Source: Dehalococcoidia bacterium
GTDB lineage: Bacteria > Chloroflexota > Dehalococcoidia > Lucifugimonadales > QGNO01
NCBI GenBank assembly: GCA_965248955.1
Contig: OZ252212.1
Location: forward strand, 66,668-130,667
Length of the DNA: 64,000 nucleotides
Direction of reading: 5' to 3'
The first letter of the stretch is position 1. Each line of letters starts with the position of its first letter. The notes under the pieces were generated by a model. It had not been told where the DNA came from. It saw only the letters and a list, made by a program, of their open reading frames with translations, and made no database searches. This document shows, in pieces, positions 7,576 through 16,944 of this stretch. Both the position numbers and the translations under genes were made by a program.

Positions 7576-8940
7576 ATGACGAAACCTAACTTCAAGAACC
7601 GCACGCTGTGGACGGGCGACAACCTGGATGTCATGCGCGGCCTCAACTCAGAGTCCGTGGACCTGATCTACCTGGACCCGTCGTTCAACTCCAACCGGGA
7701 CTACTCCGCGCCCATCGGGTCGGAGGCGGCGGGCGCGGCCTTCAAAGACACCTGGACGCTCTCCGACGTAGACCTTGCATGGCACGGGGAGATAGCGGAG
7801 GCTAACCCTGCCCTCTACCGCGTGATAGATGCGGCAAGAGAGGCACACGGCAAGGGGATGAAGTCATACCTGATAATGATGGCCGTCCGTCTGCTGGAGA
7901 CGAAGCGGATACTGAAGCCGACGGGCTCCATCTATCTCCATTGCGATCCAACAGCAAGCCACTACTTGAAGTTGGTCATGGATTCGATCTATGAGAAAGA
8001 TAACTTCAGGAATGAGATTGTTTGGCGTCGTTCTCACCCGAAAGGGCTGGCTTTCACGCGCTTTGCTCAGAATCACGACTTAATCTTGGTTTATAGTCGC
8101 AATGGTGCTACTACATGGAATCAAATGTATGTTTCCAATCCTAACGCCTTGAAGCAATACAACTTGATAGAACCTGAGACTGGGCGTAGATACCAACTGA
8201 CAAGCCTGCTGAATCCCAATCCTAATCGCCCTAACCCGACTTATGAATTCAAGTGCTACAAGGGTATGGCGTTGGACGAGAGAACGAATGGAGCAGGCAG
8301 ACCGGGACGGCCTAATTGTTGTCCCGCGCGGAGGAAAAGGTATACCGCGATTAAAGCGATACCTCGATGAACAGGAAGGCATCCCGATAAGCGATACATG
8401 GGATGACATTCCAGTAGCCTTGGGGAAAGAGCGAACCGGCACCCCACTCAAAAGCCTCTTGCGCTGCTGGAGCGCATCATCAAGGCCTCTTCCAACGAAG
8501 GCGACGTGGTGTTGGACCCGTTCTGCGGCTGCGCCACCGCCTTGATAGCCGCCGAGAAGCTGGAGCGTCAGTGGATAGGAATAGACCTGTCGCCGGTGGC
8601 TAGGATGCTAGTGCAGCGTCGTATGGCAAAAGAGCTTGGCTTTGACAGCCTTGGCGTCATCTACCGCGACGACGTGCCCATGCGGACTGACCAGGGGAAG
8701 CTACCCCATTACAGGACGCACAAGCACACGCTGTTTGGGAAGCAAGAAGGGCACTGTGCGGGGTGCAGGCACGATTTCCCGTTTCGCAACTTCACCGTTG
8801 ACCACATCGTGTCGCAGTCCAAGGGCGGCACCGACCATATCGACAACCTTCAATTGCTATGCAACGCCTGCAACTCGATGAAGGGAACTAAGACGCAAGA
8901 GGAGTTCTTGGCCGTGCTGAGGCGGGAGGGGATTAGGTAG
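7576..8940 (+). pseudogene. Beta-class (N6-A/N4-C) DNA methyltransferase fused to a C-terminal HNH endonuclease domain; two frameshifts
   Basis: Frame 1: MTKPNFKNRTLWTGDNLDVM..VDLIYLDPSFNS (motif IV variant DPSF). Homology moves to frame 2 at about 8263 (RVWRWTRERMEQADRDGLIV..PRLKRYLDE) and back to frame 1 at about 8441 (PTQKPLALLERIIKASSNEGDVVLDPFCGCATA, motif I). C-terminus HCAGCRH..FTVDHIVSQSKGGTDHIDNLQLLCNACNSMKG is an HNH domain. Confidence 0.7.
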
Positions 8941-9102
8941 GTGCGTTCTGCTCATTCAGAGATTCTTGGAGTAAATCTCCTTGGTTAAGTGTGTGGATTG
9001 CGGATATCTGTCCTGGCACTCGCCTATTAAGGTCGAGTTCTTCGATCCCGACCGGCTAGAGCGCAACAATCAGATACTGCGGCAACGCCGCCGGGCAGGG
9101 CG

Positions 9103-9411
9103 ATGAACTGCGTGGTCATCGAATCCGGTGCCCTAGTCACTATCCTGGTAGCGGCGGTGTCGAGTCTATTGACCTTCTTTGCAACCTGGTACTTTTCTCG
9201 AAGCCGCTACGTCGTGCAGGCCGCACCTACGACTCCGTTTGATGTTCACCTGGAAAGAGACCGGCAGGCAGAACGCCGCAAGTCGAGGGGCCGCGTTGTG
9301 AACAACATCGTTGGTATGGCCATGGTCCTAGCAATGGTGCTGATGGCTCTAGCGATCGCTCTAGCCATGGTAATCGTTACGATTAGTCGGTACACAACGT
9401 GGTTGAGCTAA
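9103..9411 (+). CDS. Hypothetical small membrane protein (two predicted TM helices)
   Basis: 102-aa ORF with hydrophobic N- and C-terminal segments (LVTILVAAVSSLLTFFATWYF; IVGMAMVLAMVLMALAIALAMVIV). No clear SD and no recognisable family. Confidence 0.35.
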   Translation: MNCVVIESGALVTILVAAVSSLLTFFATWYFSRSRYVVQAAPTTPFDVHLERDRQAERRKSRGRVVNNIVGMAMVLAMVLMALAIALAMVIVTISRYTTWLS

Positions 9412-9573
9412 ATCAGGCCCCAAAAACGCGGCCCTGCTCTCAGGCACGAGCTGGTAGGCAGATTCATCAAAATTAGCTTTATTTTGCACTCCCCTAGACG
9501 GTGGGTTTCCTTGACCCTACGTGAAGCCGATTGCTACAATGGCCTTTACGTTTTCGCCAGGGACGGGGGGAGA

Positions 9574-10179
9574 ATGATAACGATAGGCCTGAGCGGCGGC
9601 ATTGGTTCAGGCAAGACAGAGGCAAGCCGCATCCTCCAGGAGATGGGTGCGGAAGTCATCAGTGCCGACCAGGTGGGCCATCAGGCATATGAACCCCACA
9701 CCGATGCTTGGAAACAGGTTCTTGAAACCTTTGGCGATGATATCCTGCAGCCAGACGGCCAGATAGACCGCAAAAAGCTTGGAGCAATCGTCTTTTCCAA
9801 TCCCGAAGACATGGCCAAGCTGAACGCCATTATGCATCCCAGGATGCACACTATGATGGAGAAGCATCTCAGGGAGCTGAAGGCCAAAGGCGCCCAGGTT
9901 GCCGTCCTGGAAGCAGCTATCCTGATCGAGGCCGGCTGGGTATCTCTAGTAGACGAGGTGTGGATGCTGGAGGTACCTGAAGAGGTGGCGGTGAAGCGTA
10001 TTCACCAGAGGAACGGGCTGGCTGAAGAGGAGATCAGAAAACGTCTGAGGTCTCAGTTGACGAACGAAGAGAGAGCCAGATACGCCGGCGAGGTCATAGA
10101 GAATACAGGCGATCTCGAGGCTTTGAGGATTCGCCTCAAAGAGCTCTGGTACAGCCGATTGCAAGGGAGGCATAGTTGA
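9574..10179 (+). CDS. coaE: Dephospho-CoA kinase
   Basis: [17 protein letters not shown]-loop at the N-terminus, typical CoaE length from ATG 9574. The ORF-track start at 9484 adds a non-homologous extension. Confidence 0.88.
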   Translation: MITIGLSGGIGSGKTEASRILQEMGAEVISADQVGHQAYEPHTDAWKQVLETFGDDILQPDGQIDRKKLGAIVFSNPEDMAKLNAIMHPRMHTMMEKHLRELKAKGAQVAVLEAAILIEAGWVSLVDEVWMLEVPEEVAVKRIHQRNGLAEEEIRKRLRSQLTNEERARYAGEVIENTGDLEALRIRLKELWYSRLQGRHS

Positions 10180-11069
10180 CATTAGCAAAAGGGACAAGGA
10201 GCGTTTACAGGGAGTTCCTCATAGAGGAATACGTGGTGGAAAAGGAACCGTACTACGTCTCCGTATCAGATGAGATAGAGCTTTTTGAAGCTGCCTACGA
10301 ATCCAAGATTCCCGTGCTGCTGAAGGGGCCAACGGGGTGCGGCAAGACTCGATTCATAGAGCATATGGCTTGGCGTCTGGGCCGTCCCCTTACCGCCGTG
10401 AAGGGCAACAAAGGACGGGGGAATGAAAACGGCGCCATACCGCTGGTAACCATAGCGTGCCATGAGGACCTGACCGCCAGCGACCTGGTGGGCAGATACC
10501 TTCTGGAAGGCGAGGAGACAAAGTGGATAGACGGTCCCCTGACCAGGGCGGTGAAAGCAGGGGGCATCTGCTACCTGGATGAGATAGTTGAGGCACGTAA
10601 AGACACCACTGTGCTGATTCATCCTCTCACCGACCACAGGCGTTTTCTACCCATCGAGAAGCGCGGCCAAATACTAGAAGCTGCGGACGGCTTCTTGCTC
10701 TGCATTTCATACAACCCCGGTTATCAGAGCGCTTTGAAAGACTTGAAACACAGCACCAGACAAAGATTCGTCTCTCTGGAGTTCGACTATCCGAACAAGG
10801 AAGTTGAAGCCCAGGTTGTGCAACATGAGAGCGGAGTATCGCCTGAGGTGGCGGTTGCTCTGGCCAAGCTGGGGGAAAAGGTGCGCAACCTCAAGGAACA
10901 TGGCCTGCAAGAAGGCGCCAGCACCCGGCTGTTGATTTACGCCGGCAAGCTCATCAACCAGGGCATAACGCCGAGAAGGGCCTGCCAGATTGCGGTGGTC
11001 TGGGGCGTGACCGACGACGCAGAAGTCCAGGAGAGCATTGAAGAGGTTGTCAGTTCCATCTTCGAATAG
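10176..11069 (+). CDS. CbbQ/NirQ/NorQ/GpvN-family MoxR-type AAA+ ATPase
   Basis: 297 aa. [21 protein letters not shown] Walker [66 protein letters not shown] start overlaps the coaE stop (TTGA) and has a GGGAGG SD. Confidence 0.88.
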   Translation: MTLAKGTRSVYREFLIEEYVVEKEPYYVSVSDEIELFEAAYESKIPVLLKGPTGCGKTRFIEHMAWRLGRPLTAVKGNKGRGNENGAIPLVTIACHEDLTASDLVGRYLLEGEETKWIDGPLTRAVKAGGICYLDEIVEARKDTTVLIHPLTDHRRFLPIEKRGQILEAADGFLLCISYNPGYQSALKDLKHSTRQRFVSLEFDYPNKEVEAQVVQHESGVSPEVAVALAKLGEKVRNLKEHGLQEGASTRLLIYAGKLINQGITPRRACQIAVVWGVTDDAEVQESIEEVVSSIFE

Positions 11070-11670
11070 ACTAGCGGAGACCACGACTCGCCCGGTCAAC
11101 AGGGAGCTTGAACGGGTGCGCTGCGCGCTGTCCAGCGGAGAGGCGCGGAAGATATCGGAGCCGGGTCTAAGGAGTTCAGCAGTACTCCTGCTTCTGTATT
11201 GCAAGGATGGCGAATACACGGTTCTGTTCAACAAACGGACTCACAAAGTCGAGTTCAACAAGGGCGAGATATGCTTCCCTGGCGGCGGTATGGATGAGGG
11301 GGACGCCGGTTTTTTGGAAACGGCGCTCAGGGAAACCCAGGAGGAGATGGGGATAAGCCCGGCGTCGGTTACGGTGCTGGGAGAGCTTGATGAGACAACC
11401 ACGCGAGCGGGATTCGTAATCAGACCGTTCGTGGCAACAATTCCCTATCCGTACGAGTTTAGACCAAGCGAAGATGAGGTTGCGGAGGTGTTGGAGGTGC
11501 CGGTGTCGTTGTTGCTGGACACGCGAAATGTAGAGGATGCGCGCTGGGCGCACTCCAAGGTCTATTCCTATGGGGAGCATAAGATCTTTGGAGCCACTGC
11601 CCGGATACTGGAGCAATTCCTGGATGCGGTGGGTGACCTAGGGTTGGCTGGGGAGGTAGAGACCGGATGA
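11038..11670 (+). CDS. NUDIX hydrolase, CoA pyrophosphatase-type
   Basis: Nudix box [25 protein letters not shown]. Upstream [19 protein letters not shown] matches the spacing of the CoA-type motif R[ST]x3(R)x3Gx3FPGG. Start is uncertain: TTG 11038 overlaps the upstream gene; GTG 11116 is an alternative. Confidence 0.8.
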   Translation: MKRLSVPSSNRLAETTTRPVNRELERVRCALSSGEARKISEPGLRSSAVLLLLYCKDGEYTVLFNKRTHKVEFNKGEICFPGGGMDEGDAGFLETALRETQEEMGISPASVTVLGELDETTTRAGFVIRPFVATIPYPYEFRPSEDEVAEVLEVPVSLLLDTRNVEDARWAHSKVYSYGEHKIFGATARILEQFLDAVGDLGLAGEVETG

Positions 11671-14600
11671 CTTCGCAGCTGCAGCAAATGGAAGAGGAAC
11701 TGTCGCGCTTCCAGCCTTCGGTGCGAGAAGAGTTCCGCCGTGCCGTTGACGTAATATCGCCGGACCTCACGGAGACGGAGTTGCTGAACTGGGCGCAGCA
11801 CGGACTGGACATAGCTCAGCAGAGCGTACGGTCTTGGGAGACTGCCTCCGAGTATTACCGGGCAACTCCTCAAGTGAAGCCGTATTTGGACTCATCCCAG
11901 CTCTCCGATTGGGGAAGAAGCGGCGCCGCTCTCTGCCTGGACTCTCCCACCTTGGGGACTGCGTTCTTCAGGGCCAGCTCTAGGAGCGCCGGGAGATTGA
12001 AGCCGGCATATGTTCCAGAATGGGCAAATCTTGGCCGGGGATTGTACAGAGGGACCTGGAAGTCGGGGGCCTTGGCCGCTAAGTTCTTTGAAGTCAGCTC
12101 TGAAATGCTTGAACACATGACATTCCAGGAGTTAGGCAAATTTGCGCAACTTATAAATTCACTTTCGCAGAAGTCGACAGAAGTGGCGGCGGACTGCCTT
12201 GTCCTGGGACAGCAGGTGCTGCCGCAATTCGGCGATGGCATGATGTCGTTGATCAACCTGTCACAGGTTGTAGCTGAAAGCAACTGGCGGGAAGTGAAGA
12301 GTAGCTTCGAATCGGCCTCCAAGATAGTGACGCCTCTGCACGAGAGCCATCGTGGCCGCTTCTTGGACATATCGGCTGCGATGGTACGCGGCGGGATATC
12401 CAACATCAGCCTGTTCATCAATGAAACGGTTGTGCCAATGTCGCGGATAGACGGCGCCGGGCAGAGCCAACTGCTGGGCATGGCGGAAGTGCTTTTGCCC
12501 ATATCCCACGACGCTGTGGCAGCCTTTCTAAAGAGCGCCCCCGAACTGCTGGAAAGGATAAACCAGGATCAGCTGAGGGCGTGGTTCGATAGGGGCGTGA
12601 CCATTCTTAGTGAGAACCCTGATGGGGGGCTGGCCTACTTCAAAGTCGAGTCCAATACCTCGGAGGCAGTGCTGGAGAGCTTGTCCACGGCAATAGAGCT
12701 AAGCAAGGTCCAAGGGCTGCTGGGCATGTATTGCCGGGCCCTGGCCGGGGCGGGAGTGGAGATTGCTCCCGCCAGGGAGCTCCTATCCAAGAGGATAGGG
12801 TGGGTCTCAGAGGACCACGCAACCACGGAAGGAAGCGTAGTCTACCTGCCCGGCGAAATGGACAAGTACGACACCAAAGAGAAGAACTTTTCCCTGTTCA
12901 AGGTTGTGTGTACACACCAGGCAGCTCACATAGAGTTCGGCAGCTTTGATTTTCTTTTCGATAGGCCGTCGTTGCTGTTTGCCGATAGCCGCTTGGAAAG
13001 AGCCGAGCAGACAAGTGGTAAGGAAGCCCCCCCTCCAATGCAACAGCCGCTGCTTGGCGAGAATTCGGGCAGGGTTGAGCGAGCGTTTCTTACCGATATG
13101 GAACGGTTCTTCAACTTATTCGACAATCGCCGTTTGGCCTTGGACATATTCACCGTGGTGGAGGATGGCAGGCTTGACCACAGAATCCGCAGCGAGTATC
13201 CGGGGATTGCCCCGGCTTACACCCATGTCCAGCAAGACGCTCTCTTGGATAGGCCGGAAATAGAGGAGATGCCGCTGCAAGAAGCTATGGTGGAGTTCCT
13301 GGTGCGGCTGAGCTTGCAGCAGAGCAAAGGCCTGCCGGCACCAAAGCAGTACCTGGACCACGCCAAGGCAACGGCAAAGATTTTCAAACGGCTCCTTGTC
13401 AAGAATGCTTCCGTGGAGGACTCCACGGAGGCAACCATACGCATATACGACCTCATTGTGGAGATGCCGAACGTGGAGCTCCCTGAAGAAGAGTGGACTG
13501 AGCTTGACGTAGAAGACGATGAGATGACGGACGAGGAGTTGGGAAGCATCCTGGAGGAAATCCAAGGCTCCGACGAAGTTTCCCTACCCAGCGATATACA
13601 GACAGGGACGGAGGAAGAGTACGATTCGCCGTCTCAGGTGGACTATCGCGGCGACTTCAAACCTGAGCTAAGCCAGCTGCTGTCCGCGTTGCGAATGCAA
13701 CAGGGACAAACACAAGGACAGGAAGGAGTCTCGAACCTATCCAAAGAAGAGTTGGAGCAGCTGCTGGCCAACAGCGCGGAGCTGGATATGGTGGAGAGCT
13801 CCGAGGAGGCCTCTCCTGAGCAGCTGGGCACATTGATTCAGAACATAGTGCAGGAGATAGGGAGCGGACAAACCTCCGATTCAGGGAAAGGCCAGGGAAT
13901 GATTCCGCACGTGGATGAAGAGGGGTATCCCATTGAGATTGGGGAGCCGCAGACCTACCTGTACGACGAATGGGACTTCCGCGCCGATGATTACAAGCCG
14001 CGATGGTGCGTGGTGCGCGAGAAGTGGGTGCCGGAGGGAGATTCCCAGTTCTTTGTGGATACCCTGCGTACTCATTCGAGCCTGGCGAGCCGGATCCGGC
14101 GGCAGTTTGAGATGCTGGCTCCGGAGGTATACCGCAAGACCAAGCACTTACCGGATGGTGAAGACTTTGATCTGGATGCGGTCATAGAGTCGATCATAGA
14201 CAAATGGGCGGGGGAGTCGCCATCCGACAAGGTGCACTGGCGACGCAACAAGGTGGAGAGGGACGTCTCCGTGGTTTTCCTGCTGGACATGAGCGCATCT
14301 ACAGCGGAGTCGATAGACGATACAAGGCGGGACAGCTGGGATGCGCCGGACGATCCGGTGGAATATATGGCCTGGCTGCGCAGCAGGCGGGTCGAGGGTC
14401 ACAAACGCAGCTACAAGCGGATAATAGACCTTGAGAAAGAGGGTCTGGTGCTGCTGATCAACGCCTTGGAGACAATAGGGGACGTGTACGGCATATACGG
14501 CTTCTCCGGCTATGGGCGGGAGAACGTTGAATTCTATACCATTAAGGACATAGACGAAAAACTATCAGAGCGGGTCAAGAAGAGAATCGACCGTATTACA

Positions 14601-14942
14601 CCGCTGCACGCCACGCGCATGGGACCCGCTATAAGGCACGCCGTGACCAAGCTGGATAAGCAGGACTCCCGCACCAAACTGCTGTTTCTGATCAGCGACG
14701 GCCGGCCGCAGGACAGGGGATATAGCCGCGAGGGCGTGGAAAAGGAGTACGCGGTACACGATACCAAGATGGCGCTGACGGAGGCTAGGAGAAAGAACAT
14801 CACGCCGTTTTGCTTGACCGTAGACAAGGCTGGGCACGATTACCTGGCGACTATGTGCCAGGACATGGGCTACGAGGTGCTGGCCGACATCAATGCGTTG
14901 CCGGCTCGACTGCCCACGCTATATCGAAAGCTGACGGTGTAA
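11667..14942 (+). CDS. CbbO/NorD-like protein with C-terminal von Willebrand factor A domain
   Basis: 1091 aa. C-terminal VWA with MIDAS-like VVFLLDMSASTAES and ..LLFLISDGRPQD. Central YLPGEM..HQAAHIEFGSFDF segment and a long acidic linker as in CbbO/NorD. Follows a CbbQ-type ATPase. Confidence 0.8.
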   Translation: MTSQLQQMEEELSRFQPSVREEFRRAVDVISPDLTETELLNWAQHGLDIAQQSVRSWETASEYYRATPQVKPYLDSSQLSDWGRSGAALCLDSPTLGTAFFRASSRSAGRLKPAYVPEWANLGRGLYRGTWKSGALAAKFFEVSSEMLEHMTFQELGKFAQLINSLSQKSTEVAADCLVLGQQVLPQFGDGMMSLINLSQVVAESNWREVKSSFESASKIVTPLHESHRGRFLDISAAMVRGGISNISLFINETVVPMSRIDGAGQSQLLGMAEVLLPISHDAVAAFLKSAPELLERINQDQLRAWFDRGVTILSENPDGGLAYFKVESNTSEAVLESLSTAIELSKVQGLLGMYCRALAGAGVEIAPARELLSKRIGWVSEDHATTEGSVVYLPGEMDKYDTKEKNFSLFKVVCTHQAAHIEFGSFDFLFDRPSLLFADSRLERAEQTSGKEAPPPMQQPLLGENSGRVERAFLTDMERFFNLFDNRRLALDIFTVVEDGRLDHRIRSEYPGIAPAYTHVQQDALLDRPEIEEMPLQEAMVEFLVRLSLQQSKGLPAPKQYLDHAKATAKIFKRLLVKNASVEDSTEATIRIYDLIVEMPNVELPEEEWTELDVEDDEMTDEELGSILEEIQGSDEVSLPSDIQTGTEEEYDSPSQVDYRGDFKPELSQLLSALRMQQGQTQGQEGVSNLSKEELEQLLANSAELDMVESSEEASPEQLGTLIQNIVQEIGSGQTSDSGKGQGMIPHVDEEGYPIEIGEPQTYLYDEWDFRADDYKPRWCVVREKWVPEGDSQFFVDTLRTHSSLASRIRRQFEMLAPEVYRKTKHLPDGEDFDLDAVIESIIDKWAGESPSDKVHWRRNKVERDVSVVFLLDMSASTAESIDDTRRDSWDAPDDPVEYMAWLRSRRVEGHKRSYKRIIDLEKEGLVLLINALETIGDVYGIYGFSGYGRENVEFYTIKDIDEKLSERVKKRIDRITPLHATRMGPAIRHAVTKLDKQDSRTKLLFLISDGRPQDRGYSREGVEKEYAVHDTKMALTEARRKNITPFCLTVDKAGHDYLATMCQDMGYEVLADINALPARLPTLYRKLTV

Positions 14943-14965
14943 GGATAAGAGGCAGCCGTCCCCGG

Positions 14966-16204
14966 TTATGCTTGGTCGCCGGTTATGGTGTTCCTTAGAT
15001 TGAGCAGGGCCATGATAACGGCACGGTTCTTGACCAGAGACCGGCTGGTGGAAGGGAAGCGGTGGTAGGCGGCCTCCATTCCCCTGGAACGGGCTATCCC
15101 TATGTAGACGGTGCCCGGCGGCTTGTCTTCCAGTGGATCGGGTCCGGCTACGCCCGTAATGCCTAGGCCGTAGTCGGCGCCAAGTTTGAGCCGGACCGCC
15201 TCGGCCATGGCCTCGGCCACTTGGGCGCTAACCGCGCCGTACTCTTCGATGAGGCTTGCGGGTACGCCGCTAGCGATTTTCAGTTCATCGGTGTAGGAGA
15301 CTACGCCCCCCTTGAAATACCCGGAACTGCCGGCGACGTTGGTAATGGAGTCGGCAAGCAGGCCGCCGGTACAGGACTCCATGGTAGCGAGGGTGAGGCC
15401 GTGGCGCCTCAACAACTCGCCGACGCTGTTTTCCGCGGTCTCCTCGTCGATTCCCCAGATGCTGTCTGTGAAGATATGGCGCAACCGGTTCTCCACGGAG
15501 AGGAGCAGCTTGTTGGCCTCCGCGTGATCGGGACCGCGTGAGATGATGCGCAGGTGTATGCCGTCCGGCTTGGCATAGACTCCAACGTATGGATTTTCGC
15601 TGGACAGAACGGGGGCAGCCATTTCGTCGACTGCGCCTTCGGAGAGACCGATGGTCTTGAGGGTCTTGGTAAGCACCACGTTCCCTTCTATCCTGCGGCG
15701 CAGCTTGGGAGCCACCTCCCGCTCCCAGATGTCCTTGAGCTCACGGGGAGGGCCTGGCATGGCAACGATGACCCTGCCGGCTTTTTCGGCCCACCAACCC
15801 GGCGCCGTGCCCATACGGTTGGGAATAGCTCTGGCGGATGGGATGAGCCAAGCCTGCTTGATGTTGCTGGCCGGCATTTCACTGCCGCGAGACCTGAATA
15901 TGCCATTGAGATGCTCCAACTGCTGCGAGTCTACGTAAGTCTCTTCAGCGAAGACCTCGGCTATAGCTTCACGGGTAACGTCGTCCTTGGTGGGGCCAAG
16001 GCCGCCGGTAGTGAACGTGAATGGAGTTCTTTGCCAGGAGCGCCGCAGGACTTCCACGTAACGCTCAGGATCGTCGCCGACCAGGGTTGCCTGACGTACT
16101 TCCAAGCCGAACTGGGGCAACTGTGACGCCAGCCATGAGGAGTTAGTGTCCTGGATCTCTCCCATGAGCAACTCTGTTCCACTGGCAATGATTTCAGCAT
16201 ACAA
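14966..16204 (-). CDS. cinA: CinA family protein (MoCF-binding domain plus nicotinamide-nucleotide amidohydrolase PncC domain)
   Basis: 412 aa. MYAEIIASGTELLMGEIQDTNSSWLA N-terminus, TGGLGPTKDDVT, C-terminal ESCTGGLLA..GITGVAGP. Confidence 0.9.
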   Translation of the reverse strand: MYAEIIASGTELLMGEIQDTNSSWLASQLPQFGLEVRQATLVGDDPERYVEVLRRSWQRTPFTFTTGGLGPTKDDVTREAIAEVFAEETYVDSQQLEHLNGIFRSRGSEMPASNIKQAWLIPSARAIPNRMGTAPGWWAEKAGRVIVAMPGPPRELKDIWEREVAPKLRRRIEGNVVLTKTLKTIGLSEGAVDEMAAPVLSSENPYVGVYAKPDGIHLRIISRGPDHAEANKLLLSVENRLRHIFTDSIWGIDEETAENSVGELLRRHGLTLATMESCTGGLLADSITNVAGSSGYFKGGVVSYTDELKIASGVPASLIEEYGAVSAQVAEAMAEAVRLKLGADYGLGITGVAGPDPLEDKPPGTVYIGIARSRGMEAAYHRFPSTSRSLVKNRAVIMALLNLRNTITGDQA

Positions 16205-16243
16205 CAGGGGCGTTACCTCTCACTAGAACTCTAGGAAAGGGAG

Positions 16244-16933
16244 TCATGTGGTGACTAAACCATCCTTCATGCGCAAGACACGGGAGCAGGCAGCCGCTAC
16301 CTCTTCATCATGGGTGACGAGGATGATGGTCTGGCCTCGATCTCTGTTGAAACTGCGCAGCAGGTGCAGGACCTCGGCGCTACTTGCCGAGTCGAGGTTG
16401 CCGGTCGGCTCATCGGCTAGCAACAATGACGGTCTATTGATCAGGGCGCGTGCCAGGGCGACACGCTGTTGTTCGCCTCCGGACAGTTCAGTAGGGCGGT
16501 GACCCGCCCTCCCGCTGAGATTGACCCAACCAAGGGCCTCCAAGGCGGCAGCCCCCGCCTTTTTCCTGGGCGCCCCGGCATACTCTGCAGCCAAGGCGAC
16601 GTTCTCGCTGGCGCTTAGTGTGGGAACCAAATTGAACGCCTGGAAAACAAAGCCCATTTTCTCAGCGCGAATCCGAGTACGTTCACGGTCTGACAGAGCA
16701 GTGACGTCGACGTTATCCAAGCTGAGGGTTGGCCTTGGATCAGAATCGGAGTCGGGGTGGTGAAGCAACCCCAGGATGTGCATGAGGGTGCTTTTTCCAC
16801 ATCCTGAGGGCCCCATAATGGCGACCATCTCACTGGCCTCTATGGAGACATGGGCTTCACGAAGCGCCTGAACGGTATTCTGACGTCCCAGCCGATAAGT
16901 CTTGTGTAGATTCTTGGCTTCAATTAGTGCCAC
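16244..16933 (-). CDS. ABC transporter ATP-binding protein (MacB/LolD/FtsE-like)
   Basis: GPSGCGKSTL Walker A, LSGGEQQRVALARAL signature, LLLADEPTGNLD Walker B. Probable GTG start at 16933 with a GGGAAG SD, 12 nt after the permease stop; the ORF-track start 16993 overlaps the permease. Confidence 0.88.
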   Translation of the reverse strand: MALIEAKNLHKTYRLGRQNTVQALREAHVSIEASEMVAIMGPSGCGKSTLMHILGLLHHPDSDSDPRPTLSLDNVDVTALSDRERTRIRAEKMGFVFQAFNLVPTLSASENVALAAEYAGAPRKKAGAAALEALGWVNLSGRAGHRPTELSGGEQQRVALARALINRPSLLLADEPTGNLDSASSAEVLHLLRSFNRDRGQTIILVTHDEEVAAACSRVLRMKDGLVTT

Positions 16934-16944
16934 GGCTAACTTCC

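Noticed and set aside
6637-7646. ORFs of 142-226 aa (6637..7191, 6908..7336, 6966..7646) and the possibility that the repeated units form a CRISPR array
   Set aside because: The translations are repeat-derived (PYRHARDDGHPGAG recurs). The repeats are short (15-25 bp), belong to several different families, are irregularly spaced and are themselves palindromic hairpins. No cas genes are nearby. This is not a CRISPR array or a set of genes.
8368-8370. TGA terminating frame 1 of the methyltransferase as a possible second selenocysteine codon
   Set aside because: Homology has clearly moved to another frame about 100 nt before this TGA (RVWRWTRERMEQ...KRYLDE in frame 2). The stop is therefore a consequence of a frameshift, not a recoding site.
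9484-9573. Longer N-terminal extensions offered by the ORF track for coaE (9484), and likewise for the nucleotidyltransferase (21027), ROK kinase (47262), HyuA (47088), M42 peptidase (54357), queC (53158) and REC-PP2C (40101)
   Set aside because: In each case the extension lacks homology, overlaps the neighbouring gene or a repeat element, and an internal start with a Shine-Dalgarno sequence reproduces the canonical family N-terminus.
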